A stretch of 64,000 bases of DNA, taken from the human T2T-CHM13v2.0 reference genome, Homo sapiens. A program made the translations under genes and the position numbers. Under the pieces are notes generated by a model, which worked only from the letters and a program-made list of their open reading frames with translations, was not told the origin of the DNA and ran no database searches. Shown in pieces: positions 39,531 to 54,063 of this stretch. The DNA lies in NCBI RefSeq assembly GCF_009914755.1, contig NC_060931.1; one strand, written 5' to 3'. How positions within the stretch are numbered: position 1 is the stretch's first letter; every line of letters starts with the position of its first letter.

Positions 39531-40183
39531 AGATTCCAAAGTCATTCAAAGGTTTCAAAGATCATGCTTAGGAGTAGTTTTTATCATAATGAACACAAGG
39601 AGACAATGAAAATTTTAAGCAAGTGAGTAAAGTGACTTGCATCTCAGAAATATCATTATGAAAGTAATATGAACAATGAACCGGAAGGAGAAAGGTGGAG
39701 GAAGGTGGCAACTCTCCTACTGACTTTTATGTGAAATTTGTGATGGCCATTTTGTACCATATTAAAAAAAGAGTCTTTAACAGCTTAATGAAAGTTTCTA
39801 AATACTCTGGGAGGAGCAGGAGTAGAAGTTGAGCCAGAAATATTTTCACAATATTGAGGTTCCAGTATAGGTTGGAGATGATAAATTTGCCGACTCAATC
39901 TAGAAGAGTCCTGTAATCTTTCTTAGCAGAAAATCATTTTCCTAAATGTAAGGGCTAAGAAGGCAGATTGTAAGACCTATAAACAATCAGGCAGTTTTAG
40001 GGCAGAAGAATAGTACTAGAAAACCAGGAAAATGTGAGAATACAAAATAAAGAAAGCATAAAGTAGTGTGGGGATGGGAGTATAAGGGTAGAGTATCTGA
40101 GACATGTTGGGCAGTGTTCAAAATAGACAATGTTAAGTGAAATGATGAAATTATTTCCTCAAGGTTATAAAATGAAACTAGCA

Positions 40184-40261
40184 TCTCTCTCTCTCCCTCT
40201 TTTTCTGTCTCCTGCTCCCTCCCTTTTCCCTTCCTCCCTCCCTCTCTCTCTCCTTCCCCTG

Positions 40262-40323
<62 letters not shown>
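40184..40323. repeat. Pyrimidine-rich tract followed by (CA)n
   Basis: (CA)n from 40274 to 40323. Confidence 0.97.
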
Positions 40324-40325
<2 letters not shown>

Positions 40326-43254
40326 GTATAATATTCCCTTTCTATTCATAGTATTTGTTATTGTATTTTCTCTTCTGGCCCTCACATTCCTTGTCCCGAA
40401 CTGTTACAAACTGCAAAACCAATTAGAGCTAAATGTTTATATTAGTTGTTTCTTGATTTCTCCAAGAAACTCTTAATATGTAGTGCAACGCTGCAAGTAA
40501 ATTCGTATTCATGCTTTAAGAACTAAGATAGTACTACCAACAAGCAATGGGAATAACTGACTAATGACTCCTTTATATTTAACCAGCAGTTATTATTGGA
40601 TTTAATAGAATACTTCATTTCTGAGATTTTTCATAAATACATAAAACAAACATTTATTGTTTGTCTTGGTGTAGAATACATAACCAGAAACAATGGTTTT
40701 CATTTGTTCTGCATATCAGTGAGAAGTTAATCCTTTCACAATGTTATCTAGCTGTAATCCTTTTTTCATTAATCATAAGATTTTAATGGAGTGTGCTGAA
40801 GTGTTTTTTCCAAGATTATAAAAACATGGAGGACTAACATCATGAACTGTTTATCTTCATATTTACTGCATTGTAATTTTTTAGTTCCAATTTATATTTT
40901 TAATATCAGCAGTTCTACTTTAATTGTTTACTACATTGACTTAATATGGTATAAAAAGAGAATGGTATACTAACTTGAGTTCCACAACATTTCTGATTCA
41001 ATTGGTCAACTTACTGAGGCACATTTTATACTTTCTGAAAACCCATTATGAACCAATAATTGATGTCTATTATAATGAATGAAGATACACTTCTAACTAA
41101 TTAAAAGGCAGTCAGCATTCATCAGAAAGAAGAGTTCCAAATGGTTCCTGGAGTCTCATCATTTGTGTCACTTCTGAATTTTTTGTAAAGCAATATATTT
41201 TGAACAGTACAAATGAAGTCACTTCAGGAAAGCCATCTTTATCTTATATTGAAATTATATTTATAATTTCAAAGACCATTCTCATCTTACCTGCAAATAA
41301 GATGAATTTAGCTTCTATTTGAATACATTAAGGACAACTTTCATCCCTACTAGATCCAGAATCAAGGATGAATAAACAGTGCAAGACACAACATCTCCCT
41401 AAATGAACGCTTCATCAACAAGGAAAGAGGTGAAGACAGAAAGGGAAATTAATGGAATATGCACCCGGTCAACATTAATGAATTTTTCTTTCGGGCAATT
41501 TTAGACAACAGAGAAAAGCTTTTGACTTACCTCTTCAAAAAATGTATTTGGTTACATGGGGAAATTTTACTCTGTCTATATTCTAAGATTTATTTGACCA
41601 AAGGTACTTCTATTTCCTGAACACTGCATGGAAAATAATTTATTTTAATAGAGCATGGAATATAATATTTTTAAATACTTTATTTCAAATGTAATAACAA
41701 ATACCTTTTATCTGCAACAAACTTACCATCATTAGCACTGGGCACTGAAGTCTAAGAAAAACTATTTAAGTGGTTCCTGTGAAAGTTAGTCTACCTATAC
41801 AACCTAATACCTACCTCTTCTTTTCATAATTAGTAGGAAATCTAATCATTTCTTGACCCATTTAGACATGTGTCAACAAAAATGCCATTTGTAATTTTAA
41901 TGTTGTTAATATTCTTCAATACAAATAACTATTTGAAAATTATCTTCTTTTGATATCCTGTGATACAAGGTAAATCTGAAATATATTATGTTTAATTTTT
42001 AATAAATTGTCCTTTAAAGCAAATACATTTCATATATTGATAGGAGACATAAATCATTCTTGTGCTCACTTTTGAAAACCTGTTAACAATTTAAAATTAT
42101 TTAATGTACTCTATGAACTATATTAGACATTTTAAAATTAAGACAAATATAATTTTTATATATTATCCTGTTTCTGTTTATTCTTATACTTCTTATAGGA
42201 AAATAGATATATTAAGATACATATAGTATATACCTCTTTTGACTATTTGCTACAAATGAGCTAAGTAAATAAAAATTTTACTGTAGAGTATAATATGTTT
42301 AATCATAATGAAAATGATTTTCTTTTAATTATATAAAAATAATAATATTTCTTTTAAGTATGTTTAATATTTCAGATAAAACAAAATGAATACATAAAAG
42401 TAATTTTATTGATTCCAAATTTAGTTTTTAATTATTTTCAATATTTTCTATACTATTATTTAGGGAATTGACAGGATTCAATTTAATGTAGGTGTTAAAA
42501 ATATCAATACTAAATCATAAATATTAATATTTTCAAGCAAATAGATCCTTCTATATAGAACATGTGCTGGTAAATTGTTTAAATGAATTGAAAGTGATTT
42601 AATAACATATGTAACAAACAATGTAGCTCTGCTATTAGATTGGTTAGGTCAAATTATAAAATCACTATTCATTATTTTCTTACATTAAGTTTGGTGATGT
42701 CAGTAAATATTTATCTGAAACCTGAGCCAACTGTACCCACAAACTGTTTGATAGACTACAATCGACTTAACAGTTTGTAAGGATATTCACTAATACCTTT
42801 AAGAGGAAATCAGTGTTATAAAAGCTAATAAAATAAATATTTAAAACTTGCCTGGTGGCAATCATAAATTCTTTTTTTAAATGAGTGGGCAATTTTTCTG
42901 AGGTTGGTAAGAGGCTGATGAAACTGAGCAGATTCAAGGAAAGGGACACTTGGTTTTGCCAAACCTGCAAATTGGGCCAGACATCTCACAGCCTTGCCCA
43001 GATGAAATGCCTGTGACTAAGGCAAAGAGCTATGGTTGGGGTCTTGTGTGTTCTAATGAACCAACACTGCAAACTGCATTTTTTATTTCTTCAGTCATAA
43101 AACTAATGATGCTAAACATACAAAATGAAAATCACACAATATACTTAAATTCAAGAAAAACTGTACAGTATTTGCAACATATATTCCTTTCAAAAATAAT
43201 AGAGGGGTGTCAGAGTGAGAGCTCATCTCTAAAAATCAGCAGTAGCGGCAACAG

Positions 43255-43286
<32 letters not shown>

Positions 43287-43300
43287 CCATCATCATCATC
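43255..43300. repeat. (CAT)n trinucleotide repeat
   Basis: About 15 units with one CAC interruption. Confidence 0.97.
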
Positions 43301-46300
43301 GGCAGTATTTTATAGAATTGAATATCAAGAAAATAATATTACAGCATTTCTATATTTATTATAAGTTGTTTTAGTTCATTTTTATGTTTAGTTTTTAATC
43401 TAATCCATTTATCATCCCAAACATGGAAATGACATTCATAATCTGTCAAAATAATGAACTACAGTGATCTACAATGAGAAATTCCTAGTTACATTTCAGT
43501 ACATCAAAAAGTCCACTATCTTAGAGTACCAAAACAAGTAGTAGGAGGGAGAAAGGAAATAGAGAAGCTAATATAAATATGTGACTTCCCCATTTAAAGT
43601 TTGCCATGTAGTCAGGGAGATGGAATACATATACTTTTAAAGACCTAAAGGAAAAAACATGTACAAAGCAACATTATTCACTGTACAAATTAACACAGTA
43701 TAAATTGAACACATGGATTGTGAGAGGAGGCCGAACAGATGAAAGAATCATCAGAGGAGCCAGTCGTGGTATGTTTTCTGTAAAGATTACTGTGGCAATT
43801 AACCAGAAAACTGAATTTCTATGAAGTAAAAGCAACACTTTCTAGGTAGAGTGTATGCTAAAGTGAAAAAACAGTAAGTATGGACCAAGTGAAAATTTTG
43901 GTGGAAGGAAAGAAATATTTTTGAAATGAATAAAAATCTGTGACTTACTGTTGTCAACAGAAAATAGCAAAATTAAAAAGAAAACTGGTCAATCAGGATA
44001 TATTCTGGTTATTATACAAAAATGCATTATATGTAACATTATTTTATCATAAAAATTACATACAGGGCTATTTACTACCCATTTTATACATATTTTACAA
44101 AGACAGAAAAAGAGAAGAGTGAAATATCTTACACTTCAAATTATTTATGAATTTTCCTGTATTGATTTCAAGATCCTACAATGCGAAAGCAATGTGAAAC
44201 AAGATTAGTATCACAAAATATTCAGATATTACTTAGATTAAAGTAAGAAAAATAGTATTTGAGTTTATACCAGTTGTCAATATTCAGAAAGTTTTTAAAT
44301 AAGAAAAAATGAGTTTACTTTGCATCATGAGAAATTTAAAGTTAAGCATATTTTCTGATGATAAATGATAATGGCTAAAAAAATCAAAGCAATATTCAGG
44401 AAACTGTTTTAAACAAGTTAGGAAGGGTTTATGTGAATGATAGTTTTGGAGTCAAAGCAGCAGTTTTATAAAAACATAGAAACTGATTCTCAGACTTGCC
44501 TCTAACACTAAGTAGCTAACCCAGATCGTCATCTATTAAGGTGTATTAACCTTTTTTCAATCAGTTTCAATTCCATTCTTTTGAGTCAATAAACTGAGTA
44601 TAATGTAAGAGGATGGATATTGTCTTCTGGATTTGAACTTTATTAATCAATCAACTATAATACAATTCTGAATATTAAGTGATGTCTCACTAAATAAGCA
44701 TTTTTTTCTGAAATATCATCTCTGATGTTATCCAAATTGCTATTTTTACTTTTTAAAAAAATCTACATGGGGATTAAAAGTATATTCAAATAAGCCAGAG
44801 AATAAATTTGACCTTTTCTTTGCTGCTCTTGAATGGAAAATTGTCTTTAATATAACAAGTTTTTAAAATAAGTAAATAAATGGTTTTTGACTATAATAGA
44901 AGCTACTTTCCATCATAAGAAATTATTTTTCTTCATAATATTCAGATAAAACTTTGGGATTATCAACCAGTGGCACTAATCCCATTGAGTAAAACCAGTG
45001 ATAAATATTAATGGCACACTCATTTGTGCTATGCAGAAATACCATTAAAGAACAAACTTCCCCAAATAAATTCTACTCCTAAACTTCAATGTTTTTGCAA
45101 TTCCTTATCTAGTTCCTTGCTTCTTTAAGTACATCTAATCATGAGACTCAGACTGGCCTCAAAGGAATTTGATTAATCAACCTTCACGTCTCAATTCAAT
45201 GATAATCTAATATGTAAAGTAACTATCAAAGTTATCCTTGATGTTTCCACAATAAAGATTCACTGTAGGTGATATATTTGAAGAATTAAATGCAGAATCT
45301 AAAAATTCTAAAGAAATAACCCAATATTAAAACATTGGTAAAGTACAAATGACACAAGGGTATTAATAAGAAGTCTTATTATTTGCAGTCTTCAGACATT
45401 TGAAACAAGAAAATATGTGTTTTTAATTTGAATTAGTCCTAGCAAAATGATCAATAAAGAAAAGATAGTTTATTATAGATTTCATGACATTACAAAAAAA
45501 CAACTGGCAGTATAATATAAACCACATAATTATCTGTTAATTACAGATGTACTTGAAGATTTTTCATAAACATTAGCCATTCACGGTTACAGAATTTCAC
45601 TAAGTAAAGGGGAATGTAAAATCTTGTATGGTTCTTTCAGGTTTAACCCTATATGATAGTAAATAATACAAAAAAATTATAAAATATTCAGAGTGAATCA
45701 GCAAGATGGCAGAATAGGTGGTCTCCTGCTTGTATTCCCCATAGCAACAATAATTTGGCATTCATCCACAAACAAAAGTGCCTTGTGGGAGCTTTGGGAT
45801 CCAGGTAGGAGGTTGCAAAACGCTGATGGAGTCCAAAACCAAGAAGAGCCATCTTGAAACTACAGGCTCATGCCCAACGTGTCAGGCTCACCAACTCTGG
45901 TCCTGAAAACAGCCCCATCCCCTGTTAGACTCACATACAGACCTGGTTGGCTTTGATCCTGCACCACCAGCACCACCTGCTAAGGGATCTGGGAGGAGTA
46001 ACATCCACTTGTGCCACACGTGGCAATAGTTGGCTACAGTGGCTTGGATGCCCACTGACCTCAATCCTGGTTGTAGACCCTAAAGCAGTTCATCATCTGG
46101 CTCCAGTCCTCAACCATGGTCTGGGAGCAGTCCTGCCTGCCCAGTGAACCACCGAGAGACATCTGTTCATGCTTCTAGAGCCAGACCTGCCAGTGCCAAC
46201 CCCCATCCCACAGCATATCCTGAACTGGCCCTGTGACTTGCCTCCAGCCCCTCTCAGCTGTGGCCTTGGAGCAGTCCTGCCTGCTCAGAGACTTGCCTGG

Positions 46301-46441
46301 AGACATGCCCATCCATATCAACCTCAGTTCTACTAAGGAGTTTGAAGTGGCCCTGTTACCCAGCTCCAGCCCCCACCCCCACCTTCAGTAGCAGTCCAGG
46401 AGTGGTCCTGCCAACCCAGGAACCAGAGTTATGCCCTAAAT

Positions 46442-46780
46442 CAGGGGTTCCCCACTCCCAGGTCATGGACACATACTGATCCATGGCCTATTAGAAACCA
46501 GGCCGCACAGCAGGAAGTGAGTAGCAGACGAGAGATCATTACCACCTGAGTTCTGCCTTCTGTCAAATAAGTGGCAGCATTAGATTGTCATAGAAGTGTG
46601 AACCCTATTGTGAACTGCACATGTGAGGGATCGAGGTTGCAGGCTCCTTATGAAAATCTAATGCCTGATAATCTGAGGTAGAACAGTTTCATCCTGAAAC
46701 CATCCCTCCCAGCCCAGGTTTGTGAAAAAATTGTCTTCCATGAAACTTGTCTCTGGTGCCAAAAAGGTTGGGGACAACTG
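46442..46780 (+). mobile_element. MER1B full-length hAT-Charlie non-autonomous DNA transposon
   Basis: TIR-like ends CAGGGGTTCCCCA / TGGGGACAACTG; 8-bp TSD CCCTAAAT / CCTTACAT. Confidence 0.93.
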
Positions 46781-47301
46781 CCTTACATGATCCCAGAGGC
46801 ATCAGAGGCAGACCTGAAGACCTGTGTCATCTGTGGCCCCTGAAGCAGCCCTGTGACTTGGTTCCAGCCCTTCATAGTGGTGGTTTACAGCCAGTCCTGC
46901 CTGCCCAGGGAATGACCCAGTGACCCAGGAGAAGCCCTCTAAAAGACCTGTAGGAGCCACACCTGTTCATGCAAATGGTAATAGGCCTATAATCTGCAGA
47001 CCTAGCTGTGGACCCTAAAGCAGACCCTTGTGTCTCAGAGCCATCCCTATAATCAATGTCCTGGAACCAGTCTAGTCCACCCAGGTACCAGACAGAATCA
47101 ATACCCATTGGAGCCCCTGGTAACAGGCCCACCAACCACAGACCCCACTGTGGACCCACATGACCAGGCTCTAACTCCACATGACTCAGATCCAAGATAA
47201 AACCACATCAGCTTGGGTACCCAAGAGGAGAAGGCATTTACCTGTAAAAAACAGTCTGTAAAGACTGGAAGAGGTGTTTGTTCCTTGAAATACACAGAAA
47301 C

Positions 47302-47440
47302 TGCTATAGTCTGATTGTTTTTATTCCCCTAAAATTCATATGTTGAAACCCAGCTCCCAAGGTGTTGGTATTAAGATGTTGTATCTTTGAGAAGTGATTA
47401 GATTATGAGTACAGAGCCCTCATGAATGGAATTAGTAACT
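47302..47440 (+). mobile_element. MLT1A/MSTD-type LTR 5' fragment
   Basis: TGCTATAGTCTGA...AAAATTCATATGTTGAAACC...AGAGCCCTCATGAATGGAATTAGT. Confidence 0.8.
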
Positions 47441-47544
47441 AATTATATTAAAGCTCCATGAGATGCAAGAGAACACAGATAGACAACTAAACAAAATCAA
47501 TAAACAATGCATAAACAAAATTAGAAGTTTAATAAAGCAATAGA

Positions 47545-47546
<2 letters not shown>

Positions 47547-47578
<32 letters not shown>

Positions 47579-47598
47579 CAACAACAACAACAACAAAA
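47547..47598. repeat. (CA)n/(CAA)n microsatellite
   Basis: Directly visible. Confidence 0.95.
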
Positions 47599-48589
47599 AA
47601 CCAGAAATCCTGAAGCCAGAGAAAACAGTGAGAGAACTGAAAAAATTCAATAGATCTTCAATAGCAAATTCAATCATGTGGAAGAAAGAATCAGTGAGCT
47701 CAAAGACAAGTCATTTGAAATTAGCCATGTAGAGGAACCAAAAGAAAAAAGAATTAAAAAGAGTGAGAAACGTATACAGGACCTATGGGACACCATCAAG
47801 CAAATAAATGTAAAAATTATGGGAGTCTCAGAAGAAGAAAGCTTATTTAAATAAATAATGGCTGAAAACTTACCAATCTAAGGAGAAATGTGGATATCCA
47901 GATTTATAAAGTTCATACATCCCCAAGAAAGATCAACCCACAGAAACATTATTTCAAAACACATCTTAATCAAGTTGCTAAAAGTCAAAGACAAAGAGAA
48001 AATCTTGAAAGCAGCATGAAAAAAGGAGAATTCTCACATACAAAGGAACTTTCATATGACTGAAAGTAGATTTCTCAACAGAAACCTTGCAGACAAGAGC
48101 AGAATGAAATGACATATTCAAAGTACTGAAAGAAAAAAATTGCGAGGTAAGATAGTATGGCCAGCAACACTGTCCTTCAGAAATGAAGAACAGTTAGATA
48201 GACAGTCCCCAAAAAATGTTGACGGAGTTCATCATCACTTAACCTGCCTTACAAGAAAAGTTAAAGAGACTTCTTTCCGTTGAAACAAAAAAGTGCTAGG
48301 AAACAGCATGAAAACATATGAAAATTAAAAACTCACTGAAAAAGAAAAATATATAGTCAAATTCAGACTATATTAATACTGTAATTGTGGTACATAAAAC
48401 AGTTTTAACTATAGTTTTGAAGTTAAAAACAAAGGTATTAAAATAAGTACATATAAAATAATTTTTAATAGATACACAAGATAAACAGATGAAAACTGTG
48501 ATGTCAATAGCATAAAATAAGGAGGAGAGGAAGAAGAAGTGTAGGGTTTTAGTATGCAATTAAAGTTATTATCAGTCTAAAATTGACTC

Positions 48590-51340
48590 TAAGACAAAGA
48601 TGCCTCAAAAAATAGAACTAAAGGCCAATATCCCTAATGCATATGAATGAAAAAATCCTCAACAAAATACTAGCAAACTGAATTCAACAGCACATTAAAA
48701 AGATCATTCATCATGGCCAAGTGGAATTTGTCTCAGGGATGCAAAGATGGTTCAATATATGCAAATCAATCAATGAAATACATCGTATCAACAGAATAAT
48801 TATCAGCCTAAATAAGGACAGAATAAGGGACAAAACCATATTCTCATTTCAACTGATGCTGAAAAAGAATGTGATAAAATATAACATCCCTTCATGGTAC
48901 CAACCCTCAAAAAACTGGGTATAAAGGGCACATATTCAACACAATGAAAGCCATATACAGCAGACCCATGGCTAGTATCATACTGAATGGGGAAAAATTA
49001 AAAGCCTTTTATCTAAATCTGGAACAAGACAAGGATGCCAACTTTCACCACTATTATTCAACATAGTACCGAAAGTCCTAGCAAGAGCAATCATATAAGA
49101 TAAAGAAATGAAGACATCCAAATTGGAAAGGAGAAGACAAATTATCCTTGTTTGCAGATGGTATGATCTTATAATTGGAAAAACCTAAAGACACCACCAG
49201 AAAACTATTAAAACTGACAAACAAATTCAGTAAAGTTGCAGGATACAAAAATTAACATGCAAAAATGAGTAGCATTTTTATATGCCGACAGTGAACAATC
49301 TGAAAGAGAAATCAAGAAAGTTATCCCATTTACAATAACTATGAATAAAATTAAATACACAGGAATAAACTTAACCAAAGAAGTTAAAGAGTCTACAATG
49401 AAAACTTTATTTATTGAAAAAATTGATGTGAGAAATTAAAGAGGATGCAAAAATGGAAATATGTTCCATGTTGGATTGGAAGAATAAATATTGTCAAAAT
49501 GTCCATACTACCCAAAGCAACCTGCAGATTCAGTGCAATCCCTCCCAAAATACCAATGACATCTTCACAGAAATAAGAAAAAACAATCCTAAAATTTATA
49601 TGGAACCAAAAAAGACCCAGAATAGCCAAAACTATTCTGAGCAAAAATCACAAAACTGGAGAAATTATATCACCTGACTTCAAATTATACTACACAGCTA
49701 TAGTAACCAAAACAGCATTATACTAGCATAAAAACAGACACATAGACCAATTGAACATAATAGAGAACCAATAAATAAATTAATATCTCTACAGGAAACT
49801 TATTTTTGACAAAAGTGCCAAAATCATACATGGGGAAAGGAGAGTCTCTTCAATAAATGATGCTGAGAAAATTGGACATCCAAATGCAGAAGAATGAAAC
49901 TAGAACCCTATCTCTCACCATATACAAATAACAAATAAAAATGGATTGAAGACTTAAATTTATGATCTCAAATTATAGTTTCTTGAAACTACTACAAGAA
50001 AACACTGGGGAAACTCTCCAGGACATTGGACTGGGCAAATATTTATTGATTAATACCCCCAAGCACAGAGAACCAAAGCAAAATGGACAAATGGGATCAT
50101 GTCAAGTTAAAAAGCTTCTGCACAACAAAGGAAACAATCAACAAAGTGAACAGACAACCCACAGAATGGAAGAAAATATTTGCAAACTACCTGTCTGACA
50201 AAGGGTTAATAAGCAGAATATATAAGAGCTCAAACAGTTACACAGGAAAAAGCCTAATAATCTTATTTTTTAAATGGGCAGAAGGTCTGCATAGACATGT
50301 ATCAAAAGAAAATATATAAATGGCAAACAGATAGATACAAATGAGAAATATCATTTCTCAAAAGAAGATATACAAATGCCAAGCTGCTTAACATCATTTG
50401 ATTATCAGGGAAATGCAAAACAAAACTACAATGAGGTATCATCTCACCCCTTTTGGATAAAATCCATTTTGAAAAACAGCAAAATGGCTTTTATCCAAAA
50501 GACAGGCAATAACAAATGCTGGTGAGGATGTGCGGAAAAGGGAACCCTAGTACACTGTAGGTGGGAATGTAAATCAGCACAACCACTATAGAAAACAGTG
50601 TGAAGGTTTCTCAAAAACCGAAAATAGAACTACCATATGATCCAGCAACCCTACTGCTAAGTATACACCCAAAAGAAAGGAAATCAATATATTGAAGAGA
50701 TACTTACACTCCCATGTTTGTTGCAGCACTATTCACAATAGCCAACATCTGGGAGCAACCGTCTGTCCATTAACAGATGAATGGATAAAGAAAATGTGGT
50801 ACATACACACAATAAAGTACTATTCAGCAATAAGAGTAAATGAGATCTTGTCATTTGCAACAACGTGGATGGAACTAGAGATCAGTATGTTAAGTGAAAT
50901 AACCCATGTACCAAAAGACAAGCTTCACATATTTTCATTTATTTGTGGGATCTAAAAACTAGAACAATTAAACACAAGAAGATGAGGAGTAGAATGATGG
51001 TTACTAGAGGCTAGGAAGGGTGGGGATAAAAGGAGTGGGATGGTTAGTGAATACAAAAATATAGCTATGTAATATGGATAAGATCTAGTATTTCATAGCC
51101 CAACAGGGTAGTCAAGAACAATTTATCGTACATTTTAAAATAACTTAAAAAGTATAACTGTATTATTTTTACCACAAAGGAAGAATAAATCCTTAAGATG
51201 ATTGATACCCCATGTTATTGTGTTGTCATTATTATGCATTGTATGCCTACATCAAAATATCTCAGGTATCCCATAAATATGTACACCTAATATGTACACA
51301 CAAAAGTTAAAAATAATAAGTAATAAATAATAATATTTTA
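48590..51340 (+). mobile_element. 5'-truncated L1MA2/3-like LINE-1
   Basis: Starts in the RT region (48721 EFVSGMQRWFNICKSIN); ORF2 C-terminus (KKMWYIHTIKYYSAI); L1MA2/3-type 3'UTR ATAAGATCTAGTATTT...AAAATATCTCAGGTATCCCATAAATAT and A-rich tail. Confidence 0.88.
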
Positions 51341-53000
51341 AAAAGAAATTTAAATCAGTTCTAAGAAAACTTGTAGCAATGAAGACCTACATTAAGAAAA
51401 AAGATAAATTTCAAATAACTTCTTTATACTTTAAAGAACTAGAAAAAGAAGAACAAATTAAGTCAATGTTAGCAGAAAGAAGGAAATAATAAAGAACAGA
51501 GAAGAAATAAGTGAAATAGAGAGTAGATGATCAATAAGAAAGGCAAATGATTTAGCTAGATGGACTTAAAAAAGGAGATCAGAAAATAAAATTATATATG
51601 GAGGAAACATTACCAATGATACCACAAAATATGAAGAGATTTTGATAGATTACTATACACAATTATATTCCAACAAATTGGTTGGCCTGGAAGAAATGGG
51701 TAAATTCCTAGAAATATACAACTTACCAAGACTGAATCATGAAGAAATAGAAAACCTAGACAGACCAATAATGAGTAAAAAGATTGAATCTAATCAAAAC
51801 CCTCTCAACAAAGAAAAGTCCAGGACCAGATGGCTTCACTGGTTAATTCTGCCAAATATTTAAATAATTCAAGCCAATCCTGCTCAAACTTTTCCAAAAA
51901 ATTAAAGAGGAGGAAAGACTTCCAAACTCATTTCACAAGGCCAGCACTACCCTAATACCAAAGCCAAATAAAAACACTACAAGAAAAGAGAATTACAGGC
52001 CAATATCCTTGAAAAATATTGATGTAAAAGTCATAAACAAAATATTAGCAAGCCAAATTTAGCAGTACATTAAAAGGATGATATACTATATTCATATGGG
52101 ATTTTTTCACGGATTCAAGAATGATTGAATATATGCGCATAAATATGATGCATCACATTAACAGAATTAAGCACAAAAATTATATGATCATCTCAATAGA
52201 TTAAAAAATCATCTTACAAAACTCAACATACTTTTATAATAAAAATTCAACAAATTAAGTATGAAAGAAATGTACATCAACATAATAAAGACCATATAAA
52301 ACAAGCTCACAGCTAAAACATTCACAGTAGTAAAAAATAAAAGTGTTTTCTAAAGACCAGGAACAAAACAAGACTGCTCACTCTTACAATTGCTATTAAC
52401 ATAGTACTGGAAGTTCTAGCCAGAGCAATTAGTCAGGTGAAATAAATAAAGGGCATTCAAATTGGAAAGAAATAAATTAAATTGTCTCTGCAGATGACAT
52501 AATCTTATATACAGAAAACCCTAAAGATTACACTGAAATAAACTGTTAGAAATAATGAACAAATTTAGTAATGTTGGAGTATACAAAATCAACATACACA
52601 AATCAGTTTCATTTGTATACAATAACAATGAAGTATCCAAAAGAATTAAGAAAACAGTATCATTTACAATAGTATCAAAAAGAACAAAATACTTATGAAT
52701 AAATTTAACCAAGAAGCTGAAAGAATTTTACACTGAAAATTATAGAACATTGATGAAAGAAATTGAAGAAGACACAAATAAATGGAAAGATATCTCATGT
52801 TCATGGATTGGAAAAATTAATATTATTAAAATATTCACACTATTCAAAGTAATCTACATATTCAATGTAATCTCTATCAAAATTCCAATGACATTTTTCA
52901 CAAAAATAGAAAAAATCTCCTAAAATTTGTATGAAGCCACAAAAGACTGAAAAGACAAAGCAATCTTGAGAAAGAATGAAGCTGGAGGCATTACCCTTCC

Positions 53001-53385
53001 TTTTGGAGATGGTGTCTTGCCCTACTGCCCAGGCTGGAATGCAGTGGGGCATGATCACAGCTCACCTCAGCCTCAACCTTGTGGGCTCAAGCAATTCTCT
53101 TGCCTCAGCCTCCTGGGTAGTTGGGACTACAGGCATGTGCCACTACACCAAGCTAATTTAAAATATATATATATATTTATATATATATATAAAAAATATA
53201 TATATATAAATATATATATAAATATATATATTTATATATATATAAATATATATATATATATAAAAAATAGAGACAGGGTCTTGCTGTGTTGCCTAGGCTG
53301 GTCTCAAATTCCTGGCCTCAAGCAATCCTTCCACCTCAGTCCTCCAAAGTACTGAGATTACAGGCATGAGTCACCACATCTGACC
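53001..53385 (-). mobile_element. AluJ with the central linker expanded to ~100 bp of (TA)n
   Basis: Both arms present; TSD T(T/C)ACCCTTC(C/T)T at 52991 and 53386. Confidence 0.93.
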
Positions 53386-54020
53386 TCACCCTTCTTGATT
53401 TCAACTACATTACAGAGCTATAGTAATAAACAGAGAATGGCAGTGGCATAAAAATAGACACATATACGTCGGTACAGTATGGGAAATTAAAACAAACAAA
53501 CAACAACAAAAAACGGACATATAAACCAACAGAACAGAATAGAGGGTCCAGAAATAAACGCAGGCATATATGGTCAAATAAGTTCCAACAAGAGTGCCAA
53601 GAATCCATATGGGAAAAGAATAGTCTCTTCAATCAATGGTTTGGGTAAACTGGATATTCACATGCAAAAGAACAAAATTGGACCCTTTTCTTATATCATA
53701 TGCAAAGATTAACTAAGTGGATAAAAAAAAAAAAAACTTCATGTAAGTCCTGAAATCAGAAAACTCCTAGAAGAAATAATAGGGAAAATGCTATTTGACA
53801 TTGATCTTGGCAATGATCTTTTGGATATGAACCCAAAAGCATGGCAAAAAAGCCAAAATAAACAAGTAGTACCACATCAAATTAAAAAGCTCTGCACAGC
53901 AAAGTACACAGTGGATGGAATGAAAAGGCAACCTATAGAATGGATGAAAATAATTGTAAACTTTATAACTGATTAGGGGTTAATATCCAAAATATACAAA
54001 GGACTCTTACAACTCAGTCT

Positions 54021-54021
<1 letters not shown>

Positions 54022-54061
<40 letters not shown>
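54022..54061. repeat. (CA)n microsatellite
   Basis: Directly visible. Confidence 0.97.

Positions 54062-54063
<2 letters not shown>

Noticed and set aside
42950-43315. 121-aa ORF with poly-Ile
   Set aside because: The poly-Ile comes from the (CAT)n microsatellite and the start is not ATG.
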